A stretch of DNA of 62,634 nt, filler included, from Sphacelaria rigidula (lineage: Eukaryota): assembly GCA_964200075.2 (NCBI GenBank). It is 8 parts of 8 records of this genome, joined end to end, with 100 filler letters (N's around TTAATTAATTAA, not from the genome) between each part and the next. Parts side by side here need not be neighbours in the genome. Positions count along the whole stretch, not along the records: positions 23,528 to 31,269 come from CAXNAA020013602.1; positions 31,370 to 39,111 come from CAXNAA020013603.1; 6 more parts are not named here. One strand, written 5' to 3'. Every line of letters begins with the position of its first letter. The stretch's first letter is position 1. This document shows, piece by piece, positions 23,820 to 35,950 of the stretch. The notes under the pieces were generated by a model. It saw only the letters and a program-made list of their open reading frames with translations, ran no database searches and had not been told where the DNA came from. A program made the position numbers and the translations under genes.

Positions 23820-24740
23820 AACGCGCGCAGTACCATGCAGTCGGCGGCGAGAGGAGTATGCCCATTCGGTCAGGTAGTTATTTTGTTTGCTCTCCTCTCT
23901 CTTCTCTTCTGTTCATCTTACCACCAGCGTCTTTTCCCCGGCGATGGATTCCGCTACTCCGTTGTCCACCTTGTCCGTGTCCTTGGATGCAGTCATTGGC
24001 CTCGTTGGAGTTGTCAGGTTCGATCCCAAATTTTCTCAGGCCGTCCATTAGGATTGCCCGCCAGTTCTTTCCCGTGCTCCATTTTTTTACCGGCCGGCCC
24101 CCTTCCAGGCCAAGACTCCGCCCATGGTTATCGTGGGCCAGTGTTCGCTGCCCAGGCGTACGACTCGTCCAGCAAACGAGAGTCTCCGTTCCTGGGTAGT
24201 TGCTTCGATCCTGTCGCACCTCATCCTCTCCAGAGGGCTTTCACGCGGGAGAGAACGCCCTCTGTGGGCTTGCGAAACTGTTGCATCCAGCGTAGTAGAA
24301 GCCGACGGGGCCTTGGTGCTCAGTTTGTCGTGATTGATCGTTTTCATCGTCCACGTTGAGAAGCCCTTGGAAGAAGACTTCTAGCACTTCGGCTCCAAAC
24401 ATCCAAAATCTTGAGATTCGGTGACGCGGCCGATGTTCCTCCTGTTGTAAAGCGCTGGACCGAATTTCCTTTGCTTCCACCACGCGAGTCGGGGGTCATG
24501 CCGGTCTTTCCGTTGATCGATGCTCCTAGGGTACACGTGGGAGTTATCTTTTTGAGCAAGCTGTTGGCCCGCAGCCCTGATATCTATTATATCCGCCTGT
24601 TGGTGCGGTGCAGATGTGTACATCGTCTCAGTCTTCTTCGACAGAGTCAGTCCAAATTCTTCGCCTCGCTTGGGGAGTGAATATCATCATCTTGACAAAG
24701 CTCTCTTGTGACGTTGACCCAACTCCAGCGTGATCGGCGT
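23820..24740 (-). mobile_element. Decayed 3' part of an RTE-like LINE ORF
   Basis: MRCDRIEATTQERRLSFAGRVVRL and KNWRAILMDGLRKFGI are homologous to the C-terminus of the LINE at 57319-57888. Confidence 0.75.
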
Positions 24741-25231
24741 AGAGGCGTAGCCCACAGTCACAAGCCAACGCTGAAGTGCCTCGTGCTATCCCTGTAACCT
24801 TGGCCCGGCGCTCGCTACCCTACCCCCGTTGACGTCGGAGATAGTGATTTTATTTTTGTTGGAAGATGATATTCTCCTTGTGTTGAGGTTGTTTGACACT
24901 CGCCCACACAAGTCCAGGTATCTCTTGTTCCAATCCAGGCACACGCGTTGTACCTCTCTTGACCTCAAGAAAGGACCAGGGGGTCGTCCAGCGCGTGTGC
25001 CACCCCATCTGTCTGGGCCAGCTCGCAGCTCTTTGCGGGAGATGGTGTGCTCTGGTAGCGATGACCCCGGGCTTTGTGGGGTCGCCATTGGGGGGCGGGG
25101 TCGTGGCTAACTTTTTATGGTTTCGCAGCCATGGTGCTCACGGGATAGTGCTGGCACACCTCGAACGTGCTGGACCTGTGATGTCGTCTCGACTGTGTGT
25201 AGTGCGCTGTCTTGCGTTTCAGCGGTTGTTT

Positions 25232-25470
25232 GGTTGATTGATTGAGTGATTGTGGCGCCTGGACTAATTCTTGATGGATCCAGCCGTGGTCGCATGATGG
25301 GCGTATCTGAGACAGTACAAGACGAAAAGACTCGCTCAAGTTCAGTAAAGAAAACAGGAAGGTGAAACGGACAGAGGTTGGACTAGACATACACACAGAG
25401 AGTAGACTAAACATACATGCGAACAAACGAACGGTAGAAAACAAGAACAAGTAAAGAAAAAAGAGGGGAA
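25232..25470 (-). repeat. (CAAT)n-tailed interspersed repeat; other copies at ~29400-29920 (+) and ~34555-34820 (-)
   Basis: Shared core catg(c/a)gaccacggctgga(t/c)cc followed by caatcaatcaa tails and preceded by a T-rich tract. Confidence 0.7.
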
Positions 25471-25852
25471 ACTAGAAATGTCTGGCCGCTGCAATATGGC
25501 TTCGGGTGGCAAAGGTCTTGCGCCTCAGCACACGCGTTCATACCGGATCGAGAAAAAACTAAACAAAAAAAAACGTGGGAAACAATTGTAGCTCATCTAC
25601 CTCGGCCACACTATTTCGAGTATAAGCTCTCACTCATGAACCCTACGGAAGCTTTACTCTACACAACCGCCTTCCTTCATCAGCCGCTTGATTCAATGGT
25701 TCAACGCCGCCGCGTCCCTGTGGTCTCATGGCCCAACTGACAGCATCACGGTGAAAAGAACGAGACCTTAATTTCCGCCATGCGTGTGAGTGTTTTCTTC
25801 CAATTCATTTTTTTTTTCGCCATTAAAAGTATGAGGACTTGAGTACTAAAAA

Positions 25853-26050
25853 TAGTCGACCGAGTTTGTTTGACGGGAGTCGACGCGGTGCGGGACTCTT
25901 GGCCATGACCCAATTCGCGAGACCTGAATGCAGGGCGTGAACCGAGGGAGACATCGGGTGATCCCTTGAGACCACGGACAAGTTCCGAGGAAGGGGAGGG
26001 GTTCAGAGTGCGGCAAAAAAAAAGAAGCGATCGGTTCATCATCCCTTTCT
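25853..26050 (+). repeat. Interspersed repeat shared with 50868-51200
   Basis: tagtcgac...gacgcggtgcggga...tgacccaat.cgcgagacc...atcccttgaga..acggac....ccgaggaaggggaggggtt is present in both places. Confidence 0.85.
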
Positions 26051-26690
26051 GCACTATGGTGTAAGTTGTTTCATTCTCTGCTTAGTGTTGTTCAAAGGCG
26101 TTAAGGCTACCTTGATATTAAAGGCGGTAAGGCTACCTTGATAAGGAGAAGAAAAGAAGAAAATGTACACTGGCCTCGAAAACTGCACGAGTACGAAGCG
26201 TCCTCCTTTTTGTACCTTCCCAACAGTTGAGTGATTGTTACACTTCGGGTCAAATAGGGCTAGACTGAAAAATAAGTAGTTTAATCTTATCCATTTTCAC
26301 CCGAACACAGTAGACTCAACGAACAATCAAGAACATTAAAGTTGGTGCACTAGACCTGTTTCTCGATCTGTACATTTCCTGGAAGCATGCATGGTGGATA
26401 CGAGAAGCTTTCTCCGACCATCTGGATATCCGTATTCCTCTCCACTCCCCCGTAAGATAACCTGGGAAAACCCTTGAATACATACCCCTGGAGAAGACAC
26501 AAGTAACCACGAAATTCGGAAGGCTCCAGTGACTGACTGACCAAGACGACATGTTCACAAGCCAGATTGAAGTACCACAACACTACATTGTGATGCGTAT
26601 CCTGCATAACTCGAATGGAAATGATACCTTCATCAAAACCAGATCCACCTTTCCATCCTTGTCCCCCGGCCTTTTTCCGTACAAACCTAG

Positions 26691-27108
26691 GTGTGGGAGA
26701 TCTTGTCGGAAGCACGCCCGCCAGGCGCGGCGCCGCCGGCCGCAGAGGCCGACTTCGAAGCCCACTGCGGCGTAATTTTTTCGATGTGTATGTCTCCAGA
26801 CGCACGGGTTCTGGTAAGCGGAGGCTCCGACCGCTTCATACGAGTGTGGGATTTATCTCTTGTGGTGAGAGCGCGACGCATGGAAATCAACCGCGCCCGG
26901 GCGCTGTGGTCGGACGGGCGCCTCCGGCGCACGCGCACAAAACGCATGAGCAGTTCTTCCTCGGCGGGTAGCGGTGGCAGTAGCAACGGTACGACGGGAA
27001 TCTGGGACGGTGCGGGGGGGGTGGTAAAAGCGTTCCATGTCTCGCGAGAGCACCGGCAGCATACCTTGGAGAACTTGTTTGCCTTGCCCGAGATTATCTA
27101 TGCGAAGG
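26691..27108 (+). CDS. Internal exon of a WD40-repeat protein (3' boundary uncertain)
   Basis: Pyrimidine tract + TAG acceptor at 26690. Encodes VWEIL...FEAHCGVIFSMCMSPDARVLVSGGSDRFIRVWDL, a canonical WD40 repeat. Confidence 0.8.
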
Positions 27109-29630
27109 TGGTCATGTACCTTTGATTGTTGTGTGCGAGGATGGAGGGAGGGCGGGGCGCGTTGGGGGGGGAGAGGTCTCCACAGCACGTGTGCTCGGGT
27201 TGGTTGTGCGCATTTTGTTGTGCTTCGTGTGTATCCGCGACTGTGTGTGCGCGTGTATATTTGTCCCGCCCATATAAGAGCGTTTTGCCGTTAAAGAGGG
27301 TCGGAGATAGGGGAAGGAGAGCAGGGGAGGGCGGATTGTGCAGTGTTGATGTGGTTAGAATGTGCGGATTTGTTTGTACCCCCCGCATCCCCCGCGTCCC
27401 CCTCCCTCTTCCCCGATGTCCTCTCTGGTATCACCTGACGCGATTCGAAATGCCAGTGTGGAGGGATGGAAACGCAAGATAATCGCCGGGTTGACATGTA
27501 AGTCAACGAACAACAATAGATGGTCCGGGCGCGAGGAGGTCGTTGGGTCCGGAGTGCAGCAGATCGAGGTCCCGGGCTCTGACGGAGCGTGTGGGGAAAG
27601 CAAATTTACATCGAGTTGCGTCGAGCATCTCCTTTAGAGTTGATTGATCATAGTACAGAGGGAGGAGGAGGAAGGGCGGAGGACACAACGTGTTCGACGT
27701 CATCTCCGGTCAAGATGTGGCAGTAGAGTGGGGCTGGCGAGAACCCGATGCACGCTTCGCGGCTTCGAGTCGCAGGCAGTGGTTCGTGGATCGACCATCA
27801 TTACATTTTGGGCGAGCGACTCTCAAAGAGAGATTCCGGCTCGCGATACAGCTTCCCGGGTTTTCCTTCCATGCCAAAGAGTGTTCCTGATTTTCATTTT
27901 GTCTGGGGATTATTGACAAAATGCTGACTCGAAGTATAGCTTTGCGTGTGTGTGTGTTTTTTTTTTTTTTCACTTTACCGTTTTTGGTAGTGTAGGCTCC
28001 ACTCTATTAAGTAATGTAGATTAGTGTAACCTAGCGGAAGACACGAGATAGACTCCTTACTGGATCACGCTTCTGATGGAGGACGTTGTCACCCTTGCCC
28101 TCCTCAGGTGCGAGTGTGTGTGTGCGCATGGAGGAAGGGGGGCGAGGGTGTTCACTGTTGTAACGGAAAGCTCATGTTCTGTTGCTGGACTTGATCAAAG
28201 GAGGACGGGGCCATGAGGGAGGTGGGTGGGCGGCGCGAAATGTTCATAATGTCAACACTTGCTCGACGAAAATATGTACTTCGAATACTTTTTTCTTATC
28301 AATGACAATCGTGCCCTCGGGGAAGCATCACCGAGAGGAACTGGAGACCGGCGGAGACTGACATCTGGAAAGTATTCGTATTTGACTGTGTGCTTCTCTC
28401 ATCCTCCCGTCGGCGGGGTCAGCGGCGTGTGATCGATCTAATCTGTGGCGGTAACGCTTCACGTTGATTTTTCGATCATCTTCGAACCATTTGTCGGGTA
28501 CCGGGTTGATAGATTTTGACCGATCGCCGCGCATGAATATGAACTGGCCAGCTAAGAACCTGGGAGTTGTCACGAAGTAAACGCACAATACCCAACATAA
28601 ATGAAGAGACGGGAGAGAGAGGTGAAGAAAAACTAAAAAGAAAAAACGCGGGGAAAGTGAAAGCACGAGATGGGTGAAGAACAAACGTTGCCAACTAGGA
28701 TATACACCAGAGGAGAGGAAAAATAATGAACAAGAGGGAATTAAGCACGGCAGAAATGCGAGGCCCATATCTGCCGAAGTACACCGATCCTACAGAAGAA
28801 CCTCCCACATAGGCCCCGGCGGCGTGGCTTCAGGTGAGGGAAGCCGTACAGGAACAATAATAAGAAACCAAAACCGAGGAATAAGAACACAAACGAAACA
28901 CGGAAGAAAAATGGCTGTGGCCCCAAGCCGCACGGAGTGTCGGGACGTACCGGAGCGCGGAAGCTGGGTTATTTGGGCGACAACGTGGAGAACACCGATC
29001 ATAAAGGAAGGGGCGTGTTATGTGAACTGTTCTGACGGTAACCTACAACGTGGTGTTTTTACTCTTCTTCGGATGCCAGAGCTGAGCTTGAAATACATTT
29101 TTCACGACTAGTTTTAAATGAGTTACGGGCAATACGGTTGGTTGTCGAAGATCCTACGAGAGTGTGCAGCCCCAGGCCCTTACTCTTTGATATCTGCATT
29201 CATTCGGCTGAACCGATCCAGATCGTTATCATGAACAACTCCACCACTAATGTTTTTTTCTCCAGAGAAATTCATTGCGCTGCAGCAGAAAAAACGTGTT
29301 TGTGGACCATGTATGGCCAACAACACCGCCTCGATAAACGGGTTTTTTCTCCGTGCTGTTCCAACAACATAGAGTTGGGGATAGCCTGTACTTTCCTCTT
29401 CTTTTCCTTCTCTTTTGTTTTACGTCGGCCATTTCTTTCTGTGCTTTGCTTGTGTTGACTTTTTTACTCTTAATATTTTTTTGTTACGACTTCGTCTGCT
29501 ATGTCGTTCTGTTCGGCTTTTTTTTTCTTTTGCTTCTTCAGAGCGTGTTTCGGTTTCGTTTTTCTTGGGTACGTCTACCATGAGACCACGGCTGGACCCG
29601 TGGGGGGTCATAAAAGTGCGACAAGAGGGA

Positions 29631-29881
29631 TGCTACGGGAGGGGTGCACAAATATTTTCTGAGGTTTCAATTGTTAGAAGCCCTTAATATCATCCAAAAC
29701 ACGACTTACGAAATATTATATGAGAGTACGCTAGGATTACTAGTCCAACGTACTATCGTAGGGATGTTCCAAGTTAATTTCACACGGGGGTGCCCTGAAC
29801 CATGTTCTTGTCCATATAATACTTTGAGGGGCCCCTGAACCAGACAAGATTTCGCGCAAAAAGTGCACCTCTACTGTAGCA
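29631..29881. mobile_element. 251-bp MITE with TG...CA termini nested in a (CAAT)n-tailed repeat
   Basis: TIRs tgctacgggaggggtgcac / gtgcacctctactgtagca. No TSD is evident. Confidence 0.7.
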
Positions 29882-30045
29882 CAGCTCACAATCAATCAAT
29901 CAATCAACCAATCAATCAATTAGTGTCTTGAGGACGACCACCAGCTTCTTTTTCCAACGCCTACCGACTTTCGATCTTTCGAGTGAAGAGGACAAATCGC
30001 CTGCGAAAAAGTCCCGATTATGTGAATCAAATATGAACTTTACCC

Positions 30046-30844
30046 GGTCGCCCCGCCGGTAGCTCATTTGATAACCTCGACACCTTCTTCTGATGGTTGG
30101 GTCGTGGGTTCGAGTCTCAGAGCGATCTAGGATTTTTCTCACACAACGCCCAACAGTGGAGGACACAAGAATCAACTTGAAGCTCCACAAGGGAAAGGAA
30201 ATGCTGAACCCCTCTCGCGATAAGTAAGGTAGGTCACCGCAGAAAAAAGGTGGAGAATAAAAAAAAAAAAACTGTGTTGGCCTTCCTCCTGTGTGACCTC
30301 GGGTGGTGCGCCCACGTATAGGTAACACCATATTCGTGAGATTCAGAGCGTGATATCGGATTCAGAGTGGATGCTCTAGCGCTCCTTACAGGCAACTTTT
30401 CTTTTTCTTTTTTCTTGAGTACACGTCTTGTGCATGCAGCTACCGTACAGTACCCGATTCGAGGAATTCGGCGGTCTGGTTGGTGAGATACCGCACAAAG
30501 TATTTTTACGCCTGGGGGGGGCATTTCGGAACTGAAACTGTTTCTTCAGGCTCTAATCGTTTTTTCCTGAAAGAGGGGATTTTTTGTTGCGATGGACTGA
30601 CTACGTCGTTGCGATCAAGTGATGTGTCAAATTGATCGTGTAGGTGGCAGCTTCCATTGAAGCCACCGCTTCACCAGCTGGGCGCATACTCCTCGTACTG
30701 TGGCGGTGTCAAAATCGGCCGGAAAGTCAATTGTTTCGAGTCTCACTCTGAATCCGGTGTTACACTCTAAATCTCACGAATATAGTAATACATAGCGAAA
30801 AGGTATAGACCGATGTCCAGAATAAATTGGACGGCAACACACAC
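30046..30844 (+). mobile_element. tRNA-derived (CA)n-tailed SINE split by a MITE insertion
   Basis: Head ggtagctcatttgata...gggttcgagtct (A and B boxes). The body matches 34824-35174 inverted, and the 3' part resumes at 30792 ending in caacacacac. Confidence 0.85.
30322..30791. mobile_element. 470-bp MITE with ~50-bp TIRs and 4-bp TSD ATAG
   Basis: gtaacaccatattcgtgagattcagagcgtgatatcggattcagagtg vs cactctgaatccggtgttacactctaaatctcacgaatatagtaatac, with ATAG at 30318-30321 and 30792-30795. Confidence 0.85.
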
Positions 30845-31208
30845 GCGAGTATGTAAACGATGACTACCACTCACTGTACACTGAACTCATGATCTTATTA
30901 AATGAATGACGTCGGTTCCAACATGATGTATAGTACAATAATAATGCTAATGAACAATAAAATAGTAAGAATGATGCAAACGAAGGATAAAATAAGAAGA
31001 ATAATGATTATGTACGATACTGGGCGGAGTGGATGTGGTGAGGAGATGTCACAGAACTGCTACTAACAGTAGTAGTGTAGTATCGAGTTATCGACCGTGC
31101 TCGGTCTAAATAAAACATACATACAAGAACGTTATCGTGGGATTGAGAGTGGCTTTGGTCATTCGATTTTACTTGGCCATTTTTTCATTCCGTGTGTGCT
31201 CTTCTTTA

Positions 31209-31269
31209 AACAGCCAATCATCTATGTTGAGGATGGTGCTATTGATTGAGGATGAGAACCCGGAGGATT
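31209..31269 (+). repeat. Terminus of the AACAGCC-family MITE at contig end; near-identical copy at 46892-46953
   Basis: aacagccaatcatctatgttgaggatggtgct(a/t)ttgattgaggatgagaacccggaggatt ends both contig 4 and contig 6. Confidence 0.9.
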
Positions 31270-32501
31270 NNNNNNNNNNNNNNNNNNNNNNNNNNNNNNN
31301 NNNNNNNNNNNNNTTAATTAATTAANNNNNNNNNNNNNNNNNNNNNNNNNNNNNNNNNNNNNNNNNNNNTTTACATTCTTTTTTGTGGTACGAATCCTCA
31401 CACGCTACCCTAATTTGAGTACCTCAAGTGCGTCTTTCAAAATACCCCGCCATTGAGTATACTTCACTCGGCCTGCCCTGACCCTTCGACAGCGAGCAGA
31501 GGTCATCCGTTGAATCAGTATGAAGTTTACTTGAAAAATGGGTGCGTGACAAATGACTTACCCTCGCGGTCGAAGGGGTAAGAGGGAAATCGGAAATACT
31601 TGCGGTATCCTAGACGGAGGGACACCACCTACACGAAAGGCCGCTGCCCCACGTATGCCCCGCGTTGCGGTTGTTTGGGGATAAAGCCGGCAAAAGCCAC
31701 TGACTTGGACTCTGTGTACAACCACGGCAGCACACTGCCATCACAACAGTCCAGCAAAACTGCGGCACGACTTGTCAACGAACGAAATCTCGAAGCAGAG
31801 AGAACGGGCTGACGAAGCGCTGCACAATTGAACAGAAGACGTTTCGCTTCCCACCCGTCCCCGGAACACACGGTCAAGCAGGCCAAGGCCTGAGTGGGAA
31901 TCATACTAAAAGTCAGTGTATAATTCCATGTTTCGATTCTCCCGCAACGCCCACAACATCTTGGGGTCATTATCTGGACTATTGATAGACTTGACGGTAG
32001 TAACGACAAATGGAGTGCAACCGTACGTTCCTGGCAACGGACAAGTAGCACGCAAACGCGAAGTTCAGATGACTACTTTGCAAGGATACTTCGATCTCTG
32101 ATTCGGCAGGAGGTAATACTGTAGTTCTATCGGCAACCTGCCTTCCTCATTACATGTATGAAGCAGTGTGGCTTGCAACACAACGCTTATCATACGGTCA
32201 ACAGTACAGACAGACAGTAGTCAGTAGCGGAAGAGGGTGCGGAGAAACCTATCGCCCCTGCGAGGCCTTCAACGCACATGTCGTGAGGGTGAAAACGGCA
32301 ATCTAATCTGATAATCAAATAATGTCTCCATGTGGCAATGACATTCTCCACTCCGCCACAGCACAGTACAGCACAGCACAGCACAGCACAGCACAGCGCT
32401 GAAAGTCAGGCGATGGAGCTGGGGGAAGGGTGCAGTCGGATGTATTGAAATATGTCACCTCAACACAAGACTGAGCGCATTTCGAAGTGTTCAAAGTTCA
32501 C

Positions 32502-32642
32502 CTGGAGTTGGCTGTCCGTGTCGTCCGAGTACGCGAGCTGCAGCAGCTTCTGCAAGGCCGGCAGTATACTAGACCCATCATGCTTACTTCCGTCCAGCAA
32601 GGGTTCATTTGCACCCGACATCGGACCCAGTACGCAGTTGGT
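32502..32642 (-). CDS. Putative exon of an unknown gene (possibly ARM/helical repeat)
   Basis: 141 bp, phase 0, TAG acceptor and CAG|GTGAAC donor. Encodes TNCVLGPMSGANEPLLDGSKHDGSSILPALQKLLQLAYSDDTDSQLQ. Confidence 0.5.
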
Positions 32643-33049
32643 CTAGTACAACCCTGTTGTGCGCAGTTGATCCATCAACGATCCGAACAGTACCCGTTGG
32701 TGGAATGCAGGTCGAGTTCAATATAATTTGATATAATAGGAACCCACACTGTTTTTTAGAGGATGATGTACTAGTAGCACAGACAGTACCGTAGTCATTT
32801 CTTATTTCGTATTGTGCTGGATATCACCCCCTACCTAGTACTCAACCCCGGTAGCAGCTCTCCGAAGTCGCAACCACGCTGAGAAGACAAGGCGTGAGGA
32901 ATTATTGAAGATAAAATTGTGCTACGGTGCCACTTCTGTTTGGGTGTCCCTGTCTCTGCAGCATTAGCATCGATTGCGGCTGCTCTTGAGGATATGCATC
33001 GTTCGTAGCATGAGTACTGTAGATTTACATACTGCCAGTAGTACATCAC

Positions 33050-33154
33050 CTTACGCAGCAAAGCTTCAACCTTAGGCTCCATTTGACAGAATGTTGCTTC
33101 TGGCTGCATCCAGTCGAGCTTCCCTACGACGGAGATCACCTCTCTATCGAAGAT
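33050..33154 (-). CDS. Putative exon, phase-compatible with 32502-32642
   Basis: 105 bp, TAG acceptor and AAG|GTGATG donor. Encodes IFDREVISVVGKLDWMQPEATFCQMEPKVEALLRK. Confidence 0.4.
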
Positions 33155-34823
33155 CTACCTGTGTGGCCAAAGCGCAGCACAACTTCATCTGCACCAGCAC
33201 CAACACCAGATGGAGCCCTGTAATCGCCCCGCTTCTGGGAGGCTGGAGGTCTTTCCGCACAGACACCAGGAAGGTATATACACCCCAACCCTGTCTCTGA
33301 ACCCTAACCTTTGGTTTAGTCCAGTGATTTTTGGAGCGCACCATGGCACATGTAGGACGGAACGGTCAAGCCCTTGGACGGACACCAAATGTAGAACGCC
33401 TGAGTCTGACGGTCATTTTTGAAGTGATCGTGATACCGATTCAACAGATGAATCTTGGATGAATGGACATCACGACATCACCCACGCCCGGACGGTCAAA
33501 TGGTCGACCCTTCGGCCACGGAGCAGTCTATGTATGCCACTTTGGGATTTTGATCTTTGTGTGCCGTTGCTCCTACACAGAGTGAAGGGGTGTTGTTTGC
33601 TAATTTCAAAATTCGGAAAATGCAAAACAAAAATTGAGAAATTGCGCCCTCTTCCATTTCTACCCGTTATTAAAGTGGTTCTGAATTTTGTTATGAGAAA
33701 ACGACCCAAAACGAGTTTCCAACATCGCACGTATCGTAGGTTGTGTGTTATCGAGGCCAAAAAACAAAAAGCACTTTCAGTTCACTATCGTTTTGTTGAA
33801 TCTGATTCTACCCAGACAGATCGATTAGTTTGAGTCTCCTCGGAAATTCGACATCGTCAACGGGTGTATATGGCTCGTGAGAGAAAAGTTAAAGTTGGGA
33901 CCTCCCTGGTTGTGTGAGAAATTCCCACTCTAGCCAAGAGTAAAACTGGGCGTACGAATAATCGTCGGCAAAATGCGCTGGAATCCTCTCAAAGAGTATA
34001 TTATGCGGCAAATGTTTCCGAGGTGGCAAAATCCCCCAAGTCCTGCTACTATCGTTAAGGCTGTATTCTCCAAAAAGAAGCAATTTTCGGAGTATTTTTT
34101 TCATTCCCGCCAGAAGCCGTCCGGCCAATTCTCACGAGGGGTCATCTGAGCGGAAAAAATTATCTGGACGTGCGATCACATCATCTGACCAAATGCTGTA
34201 GGAGGGAAGACAAAAATGTCCAGATTCGTCACTGAGATAGATCACCAGAGATTAGTAGCTCGAGATGACCGATACTTTCGGACCCCCTGAATCAAATGCA
34301 CGATCGTTGAAAAGCCGTTTGGTGCTGTATTGACGGTTACAACCCAAACCCCCGTGCCGGCATGGCGACGTCATTCGTGTGCACTACTCAACGTAAATCG
34401 ATAAGGGAATTCGGCTGGCTGGCGCAAGCCATAAATCGCAAACGTTGGGGCCGTCCAGACGAAGGAAGTGCGATTCAAAATGGCGTCCAGGTTGTCGAGT
34501 GATGAGAGAGCACGCGAGGTTTGTAACGTTCGAGGCCGTGACTGTCAGCACCATGCGATTTTGATTGATTATTTGATTGATCATCGCACTTTAACTGACC
34601 ACTCATGGGTCCAGCCGTGGTCGCATGATAGCCGTCCCGTACCCAAGAAAGGCAAAACTGTAATACTCGCTCAAGAAAAGACTGAACAGAAAAAATTCGA
34701 ACAGAATGACATGGTAGACTGAGATGTGGAAGAAAAAAAATCAACAAAAGCAAAGCACAGAAAAAGACGGCCGACCTGAAGAACGGGAAATGAGCAACAA
34801 CAACAAAAATGGAATAAAAAAAT

Positions 34824-35174
34824 TGTGTGTGTGTTGTCGTCCCATCTATTGTGGACGCCGGTCTACACCTTTCGGTATATATGGGCGCACCAGCCGGGGT
34901 CACACAGGAGGAAGGTCGACACAGGTTTCTTCTTTGTTACTTGTTTTACTGCCCCACCTTCCTTCTGCGGTGCTTGCCCTTTTTTTTATCGCGAGAGGAG
35001 TTCGGCAGTCCCTTTCCCTCGTTGACCGTTACGTCGTATTTTGTGTACCCACGACATGGTCCCTCTCCACTATTGGGCATGGTGTGAGAAAAATCCCAGA
35101 TCGCTCCGAGATTTAAACCCGCAACCCAACCGTTAGAGGGTTTCGAGGGTACCAACTGAGCCACTGGGGCCACC
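34824..35174 (-). mobile_element. Full-length ~350-bp tRNA-derived SINE with (CA)n tail
   Basis: Minus strand starts GCCCCAGTGGCTCAGTTGGTA (A box)...GGGTTTAAATCT (B-box-like) and ends GACAACACACACA. Two further copies are in the window. Confidence 0.85.
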
Positions 35175-35559
35175 GACAACTAATTAAAAGGGAAAAGCCC
35201 AAGGGAATCAGGGCAACAGAGTAGATACAGACACGCACCAGTGGGCACCGCAGAGTCACCGACTAAGGACATAATCACCAACCGATATGAGCAGATAGGA
35301 TTTGTCGATTGGCGGCCCTCGACGCAGCAGCCTCTCGCGTGTGACGGCGGTCTGATTCTCGTTTGTCCGCGCGTCGCCACGTGTCCTCAACTATTCCGCT
35401 CCTTTTTCGACTACAATATGCCATTTGCCCATGTTCTTCGTCGCAGTGACCCAATCGTATGCATCGTTAACTCCTACACCGTAAACAAACCACTTCAGTC
35501 GGCTCCTTTGTGCGGGACAGCCCCAGCACACGTTGGTTCTCCTTTAGGGTATCCTCCCA

Positions 35560-35950
35560 TTGCTTGGGGGGGCGGCCGGCCTCCTTGACGCGTTTAGGCA
35601 GGCGTGTGCCCTTCTGCCGGACAACGGCTCCCGCTAACCAGAGTTGGCGTTTGCGGATAGTCGCTCGACACGTTCGCAGTTGGTCATCTCGAGCACCACT
35701 CTGCACGAAAGAGTCTGGTAGCCATTTCAATATTTCCTGATCCAAGCACTCGCAGCAATAGCTTCTGATGGGCAGTCCGCAGACTGTCGAAGTCCTCAGA
35801 ACGTAGCGTCCATGTGGCACATCCATACAACCAAGCTTTTACCACCTGTGCGTTAAGCAGTCGAACTTTCAAGGACAGCTCGACGTTGGGTCGGTCGCAG
35901 AGTTGGGAGCTATATTTTCGGGTACGCGCCCACGCCGCGCTGATACGGCG
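35560..35950 (-). mobile_element. RTE-like LINE fragment
   Basis: KVRLLNAQVVKAWLYGCATWTLRSEDFDSLRTAHQKLLLRVLG and TIRKRQLWLAGAVVRQKGTRLPKR. Confidence 0.85.
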
